Assembly (NCBI GenBank): GCA_951406725.2
Contig: OX597834.1
Location: forward strand, 32,116,001 to 32,180,000
Direction of reading: 5' to 3'
Origin: Octopus vulgaris
Taxonomy: Eukaryota
Length of the DNA stretch: 64,000 nt
How positions within the stretch are numbered: position 1 is the stretch's first letter; each line of letters begins with the position of its first letter. A program made the translations under genes and the position numbers. This document shows positions 14,550 through 26,879 of the stretch, piece by piece. The notes under the pieces are model-generated. The model did no database searches. It was not told the DNA's origin and worked only from the letters and a program-made list of their open reading frames with translations.

Positions 14550-14848
14550 ATGTGTGTATGTGTGTGTGTGTGTGTGTATGTGTTGTGTGTGTGTTCATGT
14601 GTGTATTTGTGTGTGTGTATGTGTGAGTGCATGTGTTTGTGTGTGCATGCATGCATGTGTATGCAGGTGTGTGTGTATGTGAGTGTCCATGTGTGTATTT
14701 GTGTGTGTATGTGTGTGTGTGTGTTTGTGTGCAGGTGTGTATTAGTGTGTGTGTGTATGTGTGAGTGCATGCGCATGTGTGTGTGGTTGTGTGTGTGTAT
14801 GCATGTGTTTCTGTGTGCATGCATGCGTGTGTGTGTGTGTGTGTGCAT
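14412..14848. repeat. Degenerate (GT)n microsatellite
   Basis: Directly visible. Confidence 0.95.
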
Positions 14849-15487
14849 GTAAATACCAAACTGTTTCTCTCTATAAGCTTTCCTTCTGTCGGTCTGTCTA
14901 TCTTTCTTACCAATGTCTCTCTCTCTCTGCTGATAAACATTACACTCAGTTTATGCTACAAGTACACTGTGTTGTTTGTCTTTGCTATATATTTTCCTCT
15001 AAACTGCTGTGTGTAGAGCAATGTGGCATTTACACCGAGAAGAAGCATTCAAGTTGACCTTATTATTCAATCGCTCACACCCTGTTATGCATTCATAATG
15101 GCCCACAGCAAAACCAACTCAACAAACCAACCAACCAACAAGCAAGCAAGCCAGCCAGCCAACCAAGAGAGGAACAACCTGAAAAAATGATTTGTTTATT
15201 GTGATTAAATGTTTGTGCTACAAATTAGCTCACTCCCTTCATCAAATCAAGGTTGTCTGAACAGGTGCACAGTGTACCAAGAGTCAGGTGTCGAAGTGAT
15301 CATAGAGCAAGGTGAGATGAAGTGTTTTGCTCAAGAACACAATGCCAATCCATCTATCTATCCATCTATTTATCTATCTATCTATCTTTCTATCTATCTT
15401 TCTATCTATCTTTCTATCTATCTTTCTATCCATCCATCCATCCATCCATCCATCCATCCATCCATCCATCCATCCATCCATCCATCC

Positions 15488-15552
<65 letters not shown>

Positions 15553-15597
15553 CTTAAGTGGTCATGGTGAAAGAATGTGTGTGGTGGACTTGGGTGA

Positions 15598-15830
15598 AAT
15601 GTTTAGAGCGTGGGCTATTAACCCCAAGATCCTGAGTTCGATTCCAGGAGGTGACAACAACATCGAAAAATACCTTAGGAATGAGAACCCAGGTTCGAAA
15701 TTTCCCCAAGACACCTGATGAAGGCTGGAGGTTATATCAGCCAAAACGTTGTGTTAACAACAAACAAGATGAGGACAAATATCTGTCAATTGTAAATAAT
15801 GTAATAAACACTTTCCTCTCTTTCCTCATC
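15598..15830 (+). mobile_element. tRNA-headed SINE-like element carrying a hammerhead motif (copy 1, 5'-degenerate)
   Basis: B box GAGTTCGATTCC. Hammerhead at 15710-15755, GACAC-CTGATGA-A-GGCTG..CAGCC-AAAAC-GTT-GTGTT (G12 to A). Homologous to 23751-24015. Confidence 0.7.
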
Positions 15831-16250
15831 ATCTTTCTCAAGTACCACTTGAAAAGGAATGTGAGAATAGAGAGGTATGTTTTGGCTTGTGAAAGTTTCA
15901 AGAAAAGGTGGGTGAATGTAATAAAGATGGTATGCGCGAGTGACGAAACCTCTTTGAGCATGATCCTGTAAATCGAAAAAAGAGCGAGAGAGAGCACTTT
16001 GCTCTCATGTATTTTTTTCCCTCCATGCCTGAGGTTATTGTGGTCTTTTTTGTAGGCTTTTCTTTCTATAGATAAACCTAATATGTTTTTTTACATTTTT
16101 GGTATTTTCTGCGATACACAATCCCTTTTGATTGCTTTTTTTTACACGATCCCCTTTGATCGGAATTATTTTTTTGAAAAGAAAAGCTCTATATTGTATT
16201 TTATCCCCTCTGTGTTTGGCCCTGTGTGGCCAATAAAGAAACTTATCTGC

Positions 16251-16332
<82 letters not shown>

Positions 16333-16696
16333 CCCTATCTCTCTATCTATGTATCTATCTATCTACCACCTATCTCTTTCTTCCCTCTCAAACCACAGTG
16401 AAATCTCACACATACACCCTTAGACATTCAGTTATATATTCATTTATTGCAATCACAAGTACAAGGTAATAAATCATACCTTTCACTTATAAACAACCAC
16501 AAATACACAGATAATTGGCTGACAGGTAGACAGAGCGATAGCAACTCCCAACATGAATGGGCCATAACACCACAAAACTTGATTTAAGAATTAAGTAACA
16601 GATTCTATGAGGTGGAGCTATTAAATGTAGACATGGCCTGGGACAGTGTTTTGGCTGAAACGCATCCCAGTTTATTTAAGTTTATAGACAGATGTA

Positions 16697-16945
16697 TCAT
16701 CATCATCATTATTCGACCGTGGTCGAGACAATGGAATTTACCATGCTACGCCAGACTTCACGGTCCATCATGGCATTACGGAGGTCCTGTTGCTGGATGC
16801 CTGTATCCCTGGAGATTACATCAGGGTAGGAGAGTGTGCGCCCTTTGGTATTGCGAGTAGATGGCTTCCAGAGGAGAAGAGTAGAAATTACTTCTTTTTC
16901 AGCTCTACAACAATGTCCAGTAAACTGGACTCTCTTACCTTTCAC
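16697..16945 (-). mobile_element. RTE-clade LINE 3' fragment
   Basis: The translation RVQFTGHCCRAEKEVISTLLLWKP...GRTLSYPDVISRDTG...AMMDREVWR resembles an RTE ORF C-terminus and is followed by a (TGA)n tail. Confidence 0.75.
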
Positions 16946-17404
16946 AAGGTAAGATGTATGGACAGATGGCTAGATCGATTGGTCAGTCTGTCTGTCTGTC
17001 TACATATCTATCTATCTACCTAACCAACTATCTCTCATCATCATCATCATCTGGTGTTTTAAATCCGGGTTTTGTCCTCATTAACAGGGGTGGCTGGATC
17101 TACCTCAATGCCATAGCAACCGAAGTAGGCAGGCGCAGCCCACCCCAACATTTGGGCTGGCTTGTACCCAATCTCCTTTGCTATCATGAGGCTTTTTTGG
17201 AGCTGCATTTTCTACAGGGAGCATGTCCTTGCTTACTCCAACCACAGTTTTTAGACATAAGTGGTCCCAAGACCAAGGCCTCTACCACGATTTTTAAGAA
17301 ATGTGGTGGAAAACTAGCTCAGGAAGGCAGGGATGCTACTTGCTGAGACCCCCTTTCAGAGCCCCCCACCACTTATCTATCTATCTATTAAGTCTCTCTC
17401 TTTC

Positions 17405-17440
<36 letters not shown>

Positions 17441-18550
17441 TCTGTCCATCTGGTCTCTCTCTCTCTATCTATCCGTCCAGTCTCTCTCTCTCCCCCTCTC
17501 TCTCTCTATCTGTCTGTCTGTCTATATATCTATCTGTCTATCTATCTATCTATCTAACTATCTTTCTATTCACTCTCTCTTTCTCTGTCTGTCTGACTGT
17601 CTATCTATCTATCCACCCCCACCATCTCTTTTATCTATCTATTACCCATTTTTTATTATTATGGCTGGCTTCCAATCACCTGTAGTTTTGTCTCTGAATA
17701 ATAATAAATAACTATGTATTCTAAATTATTGTACCTGTGCCTAAAATAAATAAACATATATATTTATATATACACACGTGTGAGTGTGTGCATGTGAATT
17801 TATTTTTAGATCTTGGAATGTGTGATTCTATATGTACATGTGAATGCGTGTGTGTGTGTGATTGTGTGCATGTGTAGGTAGGTAGATAAATAAGTAGACA
17901 GGTAAATAGGTAGGCATATACATATATACATAAGCAGGTGCACACACACACACACACATTAATGTGTGAGTGTGTGTGTGCATTATATATATATATATGT
18001 TTGCGCATGTGTGTGCATAAACAGATAAATAAATAAATAAATCGATAACGTGAGAAAGAGAGAAAGTAGGCCAGGTAGGCAGGCAGGTAGGAAAGCAGTT
18101 AGGTTTCTTAATGTGCTGAGGACTTCCTCGTTAGTAAAAAAATACCAAATGGCTTCCTGTTGTCAATGACACAGAATAATATTATCTTTCTAAGCCATAG
18201 TTTTATATATATATATGTATATGTATATATAAGTGTGTATATATATATATATATATATATAAAGCACATAAAAAGCACCGTGGCCATTTGCCAGCATCAT
18301 CTGGCACCTGTGCTGGTGGCACGTAAAAAGCACCCACTACACTCACGGAGTGGTTGGCGTTAGGAAGGGCATCCAGCTGTAGAAACACTGCCAGATCAGA
18401 CTGGAGCCTGGTGCAGCCTCCTGGCTTCCCAGACCCCGGTCGAACCGTCCAACCCGTGCTAGCACGGAAAACGGACTTTTAAACGATGATGATGATGATG
18501 ATGATATATATATACATACACACACACACATATATATGTAACATATGGTT

Positions 18551-19443
18551 GGTGAGCAAGAGAGACAACTGCACTGATATGGCCATGTGGCGAGAATAGA
18601 TGAGGATAGCTGTGTGAAAAAGTTCCACACCCTAGCGGTTGAGGGAACCTGTGGAAGAGGTAGAACCAGGAACACCTGGGATGAAGTGGTGAAGCATGAC
18701 CTTCAAACATTGGGCCTCACCGAGGCAATGACTAGTGACCAGGACCTTTTGAAATATGCTGTGCTTGAGAAGACTCGGCAAACCAAGTGAGACCATAACC
18801 TTGTGGCCTATGCCACGGACGTAACCAGCCCACTTATGCATACCTTTTCTTTCTTTGGACTCTAAACTCTGCTTGTGAAGACCTGTTGAGGCAAGTGAAA
18901 TCAAAATCAAATTCGATGACTGGCATCCGTGCTAGCAGGGTGCAAAGAGCACCATACAGGTGTGATCATTGACAGAGCAGTTGATGGCTTCTGTGCCAGT
19001 GGCATGTAAAAGGCACCATTCAAGTGTGATCGTTACCAGCGTCACCTTACTGGCACTTGAGCCCCGTGCTAGTAGGGTGACAAGAGCACCATCCGAGCGT
19101 GATCGTTGCCAGAGCGGCTAACTGGCTTCCGTGCCGGTGGCACGTAAATGGCACCATTCGAGCGTGATCGTTACCAGCATCGCCTTACTGGCACCTGTGC
19201 CGGTGGCATGTGTAAAAAGATTCGAGCGAGGTCATTGCCAGTACAGCCTGACAGGCCCCCGTGCCGGTGGCACGTAAAAGCACTCACTACACTCTTGGAG
19301 TGGTTGGCGTGTTAGGAAAGGCATCCAGCTGTAGATCAAGATTGGAGCCTGGTGCTGCCATCTGGTTCGCCAGCCCTCAGTCAAATCGTCCAACCCATGC
19401 TAGCATGGAAAGCGGACGTTAAATGATGATGATGATGATGATG
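18551..19443 (+). mobile_element. 5'-truncated RTE-type LINE (ORF C-terminus, internally repeated 3' UTR, (GAT)n tail)
   Basis: The translation GHVARIDEDSCVKK...EGTCGRGRTRNTWDEVVKHDL...DQDLLKYAV is typical of RTE-clade C-termini. Ends in (GAT)n at about 19425-19443. Confidence 0.8.
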
Positions 19444-20019
19444 AGAGAGGAAACAAGAACTGATATTAGCGAATGGTTAATATGATAAATTCATCAATAC
19501 TTTGACAAATACAGTGAAGGTAAAACTTTACTTATGAGGTCAGTATAAGGCTAGGCATGTACGGAGTTGTCTCCCGTATACACTAATCTTATTTCCAGAA
19601 AACTGAAGATAATACTAGTTGTTTACTAATAAGACGTTTGTTTTTTGATGCATGATATATTTTTTAGTTTTAAAGCACTGTAATGATATGTTAGCATTAA
19701 CTTACCTTTGAAATAAAAGCTCCTTTTTGTATGTGTGAAAAAGACGAAAGGGGAAAAGAAAAAGCGACAGAGAAAGAAAGACAGAGAGAAAGAAAGGCAG
19801 AAGGAAAGAGAGGGAAAGAGAAACAGAGAGGGAAGACAACGTTCAAAATTCTGATACGAGAAGACGCGATATAGGTAAATAAATAATCGAACGAGTCGAT
19901 TTATCTACAACGCGAGAAACATTTGAAACTGGAATTAAAATAATTCTTATTACATACGCACACAAAACTAAAAACAACCAATAAATAAATAAACCGATGG
20001 ATTCGAGCTTTATAAGAAT

Positions 20020-20159
20020 ACGAAGCGGCGGTATTAAAAGAGAACATTTCTCAACGGTCTCTTCCTACCGGTGCGCGCATGCGTAGTTGCTGTTGTACGC
20101 CCGCCATTCCTTGAATTGTTTGTCTCCGGCTTTTTTTGTCTCAACTAAAAACAAAAATC
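20020..20159 (+). promoter_or_regulatory. SNRPE promoter and 5' UTR (possibly bidirectional)
   Basis: CpG-richer stretch directly upstream of the ATG, with NRF1-like GCGCATGCG (20075-20083) and YY1-like CCGCCATT (20101-20108). Confidence 0.55.
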
Positions 20160-20210
20160 ATGGCTTATAAAGGAGGTCAGAAGGTCCAGAAAGTTATGGT
20201 CCAACCAATT
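20160..20210 (+). CDS. SNRPE: Small nuclear ribonucleoprotein E (SmE), exon 1
   Basis: MAYKGGQKVQKVMVQPI matches the SmE N-terminus. Followed by the donor GTATCCTTT. Confidence 0.97.
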
Positions 20211-22798
20211 GTATCCTTTATTTTTAAATATTAACTATTGCTTTCGTTGTATTGATTACTAATTTGCTAAATTTCTTGCATGATTCTATATATGTTTCCG
20301 TGTGTAGCGTCACATGTCAACGAAATAACCACGTTTTTTGTCTCTGTGTTCGACGATTGTTCTATAAATCCATGATAATATAATATATATATGTGTGGTA
20401 CTACTAGCTAATACATATATGTGTAAATGTAACCACACATTGTTTATATATGTGAATATTTGAAGCTTAATGCTTTACATTGTCGCCACGCACGGTTCTT
20501 CAAATGACGGAAAGTTTCCAACGAACGAATGTATAAATTTCCGCTCTTGTATTGCGTAATATTTCTCATGTTTTTCTAGTCAAAAACGTGTGTGTAATAT
20601 GTATGAATTGGATAATTGGATAATTATAACTTTCAGAATAATGGATATTTTTTTAATGAATTTTCCTTCCAATATGTGTTATATAATGTAGATTCCGAAT
20701 ATACAATTTTTTTGGGGGGAAGGTGTTTTAAGAGGGGCATTTTTTTGTAATATTCGTTTAGAGCAAGTTGTTTTACACATATTACACTATATTTTTTTTC
20801 TTGTTTTGGTGCCCGGGTCAGCCCCTCAGACGCTTTCGGAAATTCCGGATGCCTCACCCCCACTACCCTTTCGCGTGCGCGCAATTTTTTTTTTCCATAT
20901 TCGTTTAGAGGAAGTTGTTTTACACCTATTACACACATTTTCTTTTGTTTTTTGGACCGGGTTTAACGCTTTAGTTTAACCACCAAATGCCCTTCCTGAT
21001 ACCAACTTTCACTTGTTTCCGTGCAAGGTCATATTTCTTCCTTGCCAAACATGGAAGGTAGGCAACAGAGAGAGAACATTATTTGTATAATAGTGTTGCT
21101 CGTTCATTTACAATCATTGCATAATGACAAGACAAGATTACACGTCTTTCTGTCCAAAACCATCCAAGCATAGAAAAACTAGCATTAAACAAATGAACGA
21201 AGCAGTCCTTTGTTTGGCATTTCATGGAAACCCATCCTTTGTTCTGGAGTATTTTATCCAATACATTCTGTTACCACAAATATTACATGCTTGTTGAGGG
21301 TCTGTTTTGTTGAATCTTCTGAATAACATTAGAGGAGTCATCAGACAACACTGATAGAATTACAAATTGGAAGATATTGCATACCATGGTTGACACATCA
21401 TCAACATTATTTTTAATGTCCTCTTTCACTTAGTTTGCATGTTTCAAATGGAATTTGGTAAAACAAAATGCCAGGTGCTCTTCCTGTTGCCAACCCTCAC
21501 CTGTTTCCAGGACTGGACATGTTAGTTAGTTAGTTAATTTGGCTCAAAAGCAAATAGCAAGGCCATGTAGGGGGACATGGAGTTAAGTACAGGGTGGTGT
21601 TCGTGTAAAGAGTTCAGGCCACTTGAGGTCAAGGGAGGCTTTGAACAAAGCGGTCGTCGGCATCTTCACCATCTCGTCTGGCAGCTTGTTCCACGGATCC
21701 GCAACCCGGATGGAGAAAGCTCCTCTCCTTCGATTGAGATGAAATCGTCGCAGGTAGAGCTTTTCGGAATGACCCCGCAGCCGACGCTCTGGAGCAGGAG
21801 TGAAGAACAGCTCTTTCGAGAGGTTACACTTTCCGCTTATGATGCTGTTTTCAAACAAGTGATTCTGCTTGTATGACAGACATACATATGCCTCTGTGTT
21901 GCATGTGTGTGTGTATATATATATATATACATATATACACGCACACACTTCTTCCATACTTGCATGAGTCAAATGGAATTTATTGGGACAGATTCTGTAG
22001 CCAGATCTGCTTTTTACTGGAGGATGGAAGCTAACACACGCTTGTATGTAATGTGACAGTGTTGTGACTCTCTTTGAGAGACTATGATCCTAGGTGATCC
22101 TACCTGAAGACTCCTCATTGCTCCTGGATATCCTAGCTGAAGAACCATCACCTCGCCAAAGTCTGCTCTTATTATTCTGGAGGATACACCCTCAGTATAT
22201 CACTGGTATTTATTCCAACAATGAAAGGTGTGGCTGTTTGCTTTCCAACCTCATGTTTTCTGGTTCAGTTCCGCTGCATGGTGGTACTTTGGGCAAGTGT
22301 CTTCTATATCCCTTATGAATGGATTTGGTAAATGGAAACTGAAAGGTGCCCAGTGTAAATGAGTGTCATGGCCATAGAAGCAGTGTCATTCATTTCCGAT
22401 ATTCTGTGGACACATGTCTGGCCGTGGGGGAAATGTTACCTTGCTTGGAAACAGGTGAAGGTTGGCAACAAGAAGGGACTCTAGCCGTAGAAAATCTGCC
22501 TCCGTAAACTCGGTTCAACCCATGCAAGCATGGAAAAGTGGACACTAAAACGACGATGACACATTTAATCTGGGTTTTTCAGTACCTTTAACAGTTCTGC
22601 TAAGTCACTGTGTCTTTCAAAAGAATTGAAATAATATGAATGATATCCATGTGATTTGTTTTTGTCTATGAAGGTCTTAATTATAAAGTAACATCACCTG
22701 TTGATGCCAATCATTGAACAAAAGAGATTTTACCTTTCAATGTATATCTTAATGAAATCATTGTGTGAATCAAAAATTCCTTAACTTTTTCTCCTTAG
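20211..22798 (+). other. SNRPE: U12-type (minor spliceosome) GT-AG intron 1 of SNRPE
   Basis: 5' splice site GTATCCTTT (20211-20219). Branch site TTCCTTAAC (22777-22785) ends 13 nt before the intron end at 22798. Confidence 0.93.
21521..21875 (-). mobile_element. CR1-clade LINE 3' fragment with (CTAA)n tail
   Basis: LRGHSEKL...RRGAFSIRVADPWNKLPDEMVKMPTTALFKASLD is the typical CR1 ORF2 C-terminus. Confidence 0.85.
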
Positions 22799-22825
22799 AA
22801 TTTGATTTTCCGTTACCTACAAAAT
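22799..22825 (+). CDS. SNRPE: SmE exon 2 (27 nt)
   Basis: NLIFRYLQN, with AG and GTAAGT boundaries. Confidence 0.96.
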
Positions 22826-23750
22826 GTAAGTATTTTCAGTGTATATTTATTTTTTTATACTAATCATGGCATGTGTTCAATTAATTAATTAAAAACAGTA
22901 CATGGATAATGCAGTGTGGATTGAATCTGAACTTGACAGTAAAGTGACAACTATGTTTTTACTGTTGTCATCAATATCCTAGATTAACATCCTAAATATG
23001 TATTGGTTAAAAAACACACTAAAAATATCCACTTATAGTATTCACCATCATTTAACCGATATTATCATTTTAATATCTGTTAAAGAATGGCTGTGTGGTT
23101 AGGGAGCTTGCTTCCCAACTACATGGTTTCGGGTTCAGTCCCACTGCGTGGCACTTTGGGTGGGTGTCTTCCGCTATAGCCCCGGGCCGACCGAAGCTTT
23201 GTGATTGAATTCGGTAGGTGGAAGTTACTGCCGTGTGTGTATGTGTGCATATAGCTGCTCAGTGCCTCTCCGAAAGAGAGAGAGAGGGAATGTGTTGCTC
23301 TTTCTGTTTTCCCATCAAATCAACACTGGCAAGTACTTTACAAGGCAGTGTCCCAGCATGGCCATAGTCCAATAGTTTTGTGAAGCAAGTACTGTACAAA
23401 GCAGTGCCCCAGCATGGCCACAGTCCAATGACTGGAACAGGTAACATGTAAAAAAGATATAAAACTGAAGTTTTTTTGAAAATCTTGTTTCAAACTTTTG
23501 TCTACAAAAGAGCTTAAAAAAAAAATATGAAAAGTGGAACAAGAACTAATGCCAGATCCCACCATTCTCTTCTAATCTCACTCTAAGAACATACACAGCA
23601 GCACTTTGGCATTTAAAGGCTAGCAGCTATTTCCCAAAAGGGTTACAAAACATGATTGCATTAAAGGCTTCTATCCAGATTTCTTTAGCTCTTTATGACA
23701 ACTTGAATAATTACCATTGTCCAGCCTTGCCTCATAAAAAGAGAAAAAGT

Positions 23751-24015
23751 TATTCAGTTCTATATTTAAGAGATGAGGAATTATTTACATTTGATAGATA
23801 TTTGTCTTCATCTTGTTTATTGTTAACACAACATTTCGGCTGATATACCCTCCAGCCTTCATCAGGTGTCTTGGGGGAAATTTCGAACCTGGGTTCTCAT
23901 TCGTAAGGTATTTTTCAATGTTGTTGTTATTATTATTATTCAGGTCACTGCCTGGAATCGAACTCAGAATCTTGGGGTTAGTAGCCCACACTCTTAACCA
24001 CTACGCCATATGCCC
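23751..24015 (-). mobile_element. tRNA-headed SINE-like element carrying a hammerhead motif (copy 2, near complete)
   Basis: A box TGGCGTAGTGG (24008-23998), B box AGTTCGATTCC (23964-23954), (AAT)n(AAC)n linker, hammerhead at 23870-23825. Confidence 0.75.
23825..23870 (-). ncRNA. Minimal type-I hammerhead ribozyme motif
   Basis: GACAC-CTGATGA-A-GGCTG(GAGGGTATAT)CAGCC-GAAAT-GTT-GTGTT has an intact CUGAUGA/GAAA core, a 5-bp stem II, stem I GACAC/GTGTT and a GUU triplet. Confidence 0.65.
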
Positions 24016-25215
24016 ATGGGCTTGAGTGAATCTTGGGGCTTATAAATCTAATATTTTCTTAGCCTTTCTTAATATCGGTTCCCATATGCTTCAATGCAGC
24101 ACCCTGGGCATATTATAGCCCCAGGTGGAAACTGAAAGAAGCCTATTGTATATCTGTCTGTGTGTGTGTTAGTGTGGACCCTTGTCTAGCCATGAGTTAA
24201 ATGAGCAGCATCATCATCATACAAGTGAGGTTCATTTCCTGTCTTCCATGGAAAATATGTCAGTCATATTACCTTGCTTGGAAACAGATGAGGGTTGACA
24301 ACAGGAAGAGCATCTGGCTGTAGAAAATCTGCCTCAGCAAATTCTATCTGACCCATGGAAAAGTGGACGTTGAATGATGATGGAGTGTTGCCCTAAAATA
24401 CTTGAAATATAATGTAAAACTGTTGTTTTCTTTGCCTAGTTGTTAGGGTTAGGGTGTTGAGACAACAACCATAAGGTTGGGAGATCAGTTCCTTGACACG
24501 GTGGTGTGTTGTGTCCTTGAACAGAGTCCTTCATTTCACCTTGACCCACTTTCAATCATCATTATCATCCTGTTTTCCATACTTGCATGGGTCAGATGCA
24601 TTTTGTTGAGGCAGATTCTCTACAGCTAGATGCTCTTCCTGTCACCAACTCTCACCTGTTTCCAAGTAGGCTAATATTGTCACATAACAAGGCATGTTTT
24701 TCATGGCAGACTGGAAACAAACGACCTCACTTATATGACAGTGATGCTCATTTACAACCACAGTGTGTTGTCTAGAAAACTATAAAGACACTGCCTTCTT
24801 TTAGTTTCCAGTTACCAATTCCACTCCCAAGCCTTCAGTCAGTTCAGAGTTATTGTTGCAGACATTTGCCCAAGTTGCCACACAGTGGGACTGAGTCCAA
24901 GACCACATGGTTAGGAAGCAAACTTCTTAACCACACTGCCAATGAGTGCTGGGCTAGTATTGGGAGTGGCCCTTTTTCCTTCCATCTGTCACATCCTTTA
25001 TGTTCCTCTTTGGTTGGAGGACCAAGAAGGCGTTTGCTTACAATCACATAGGCCCTTAAAACAATTAGCAAAAGCATGGATTCCATTCCCAGGTCATATG
25101 GTCATACTCTCTCTCTGACTAAAACGCTTGAGTTTTTTCTTTTTCTTTCTTTGCACTTTAAATGTATTTGATTTCCATCTTGCGCTGAACTGATTTTTTT
25201 GTTTTTGTTTTGCAG

Positions 25216-25278
25216 AGGTCGAGAATCCAAGTATGGTTGTATGAACAAGTTAACCTACGAATTGAAGGATGTATAGTG
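25216..25278 (+). CDS. SNRPE: SmE exon 3
   Basis: [21 protein letters not shown], with TGCAG and GTAAGT boundaries. Confidence 0.97.
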
Positions 25279-26836
25279 GTAAGTATATCTCATCATCATC
25301 ATAGCATTTAATGTCTGTTTTCCATGCTGGCAGGGATTGGTCAGTTTGACAAGCCAGAGGACTGTGCCAAACTAGCTCTCTCTCTCTCTCTGTATATATA
25401 TATATATATATTTTTTCACTTCAACTAGATTCTCTGAAATAAACAGTTTACAAACACTACATGCAGTGCATAGTTGCCCCTTTTGGTATCCCCCACCTCC
25501 CTTAGGCAGCTCCTAGTTTATTTTGTTCATTTAAGGTCTGCTTTTACTTACTAGAATGAATTTAGACAAGGAGTTTGTTGTGGCAGGATTTTACAATTGA
25601 ATGTTCTTGTTAGCAACTCTTTTGCGTCTTTTGAAGCATTTTTAATTGCAGGTTGACCAAAGTCTTGTGAGTGGATTTGATAGAAGGAAACTGAAAGAAG
25701 CCTGTTGTGTGTGTTTGTGTATTACTGTCTCCTTGCATTGAAATCATTAGATTGTTGTGAACGAGTGTCACCATTATGTAAATGATGTCCTTTGTTTCCA
25801 ACCTTCGATGGAAATGTTTGGTCCTGGGGAAATGTGGCCTTACTTGGAAACAAGTAGCGGTTGGTTATCAAAATAGTATCACAGTGAATGCAATTTGATC
25901 AGGAGCATATATAAATTTTATACAAAATTAAGGGTAAAACCACCGTAAGGATTTTATCAAGTGGTCAGCATGAAATAAAAAACTACAAATCTTATTTCAC
26001 TGAAAGTCCTATGGGACAATGTGGTGACTTGTATAGACCTAATCAGTTGGTGCGCTATAGGTGACTGTCACAGTCCAAGGGGTCTCCGACAATTATGGTG
26101 GAAGGAGAGCATGCAGAGGTTGACTGTGTCCATGTCTGCCACATTGTTGGACGTTGTCAAAGGTTCATAGGATGTGGTCTGCAAGCCATGTGCACGTGGA
26201 TGTGCTCACAGTGGTGCCCTGGCTTGCATTCTGTCCCCTATGCATCCCCATTGCCGTGATCCAGTGCTTTCTTGAAGCTAAGCTGAACCGGAGCCTCATT
26301 ACTAGCTGGAGTTTTATCCCTATAATCCAATGGTGTACAGCTGTCTTTTTATGGTGACCTCATTTGTTATTCCGTCCACTGAAAGTACTACGGCAATGGA
26401 AATGTGGTGACGTGCACAGACCTAATCGGTTGGAAGCACAACTGTCAGTTAACAACTTTTCCTCTGTTACCTGTACTCCAAGCCATGTGGCTCCACAAGA
26501 CAGAAACACTATTGACAGCATGAAAGCACAGAGAGAAAGAGAGAAAAAAAAACCATCTGTGAAGATGGCTCAATCACCATGTATGTCTCAGTGCATAGAT
26601 GTGTATATGATGTAAATGCATGTACAATTGTTTGCTTTATAGGCTTGTGTATTTTATTACACTAAACATTGTTTGAATACATGACTCGATACTTTTTGTA
26701 AGGCCCAAAAAGAAGATATTGATTATCAATACTGGCTGTTTATTTTGATCTTCCATCAATACTTTGATTTAAAAGTAAATAGTTATTGCTAGTAGCTGTT
26801 TCATATATATATTTATATATATATATATATATATAT

Positions 26837-26870
<34 letters not shown>

Positions 26871-26879
26871 ACATATATA

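Noticed and set aside
18900-19290. Regularly repeated GTGATCGTT.CCAG units as a CRISPR-like array
   Set aside because: Eukaryotic context, no unique spacers and no cas genes. These are internal repeats of an RTE LINE 3' UTR.
20750-20962. ~70-bp direct repeat in SNRPE intron 1 as an intronic snoRNA or regulatory array
   Set aside because: No C/D or H/ACA box arrangement is visible. It looks like a local duplication or repeat relic.
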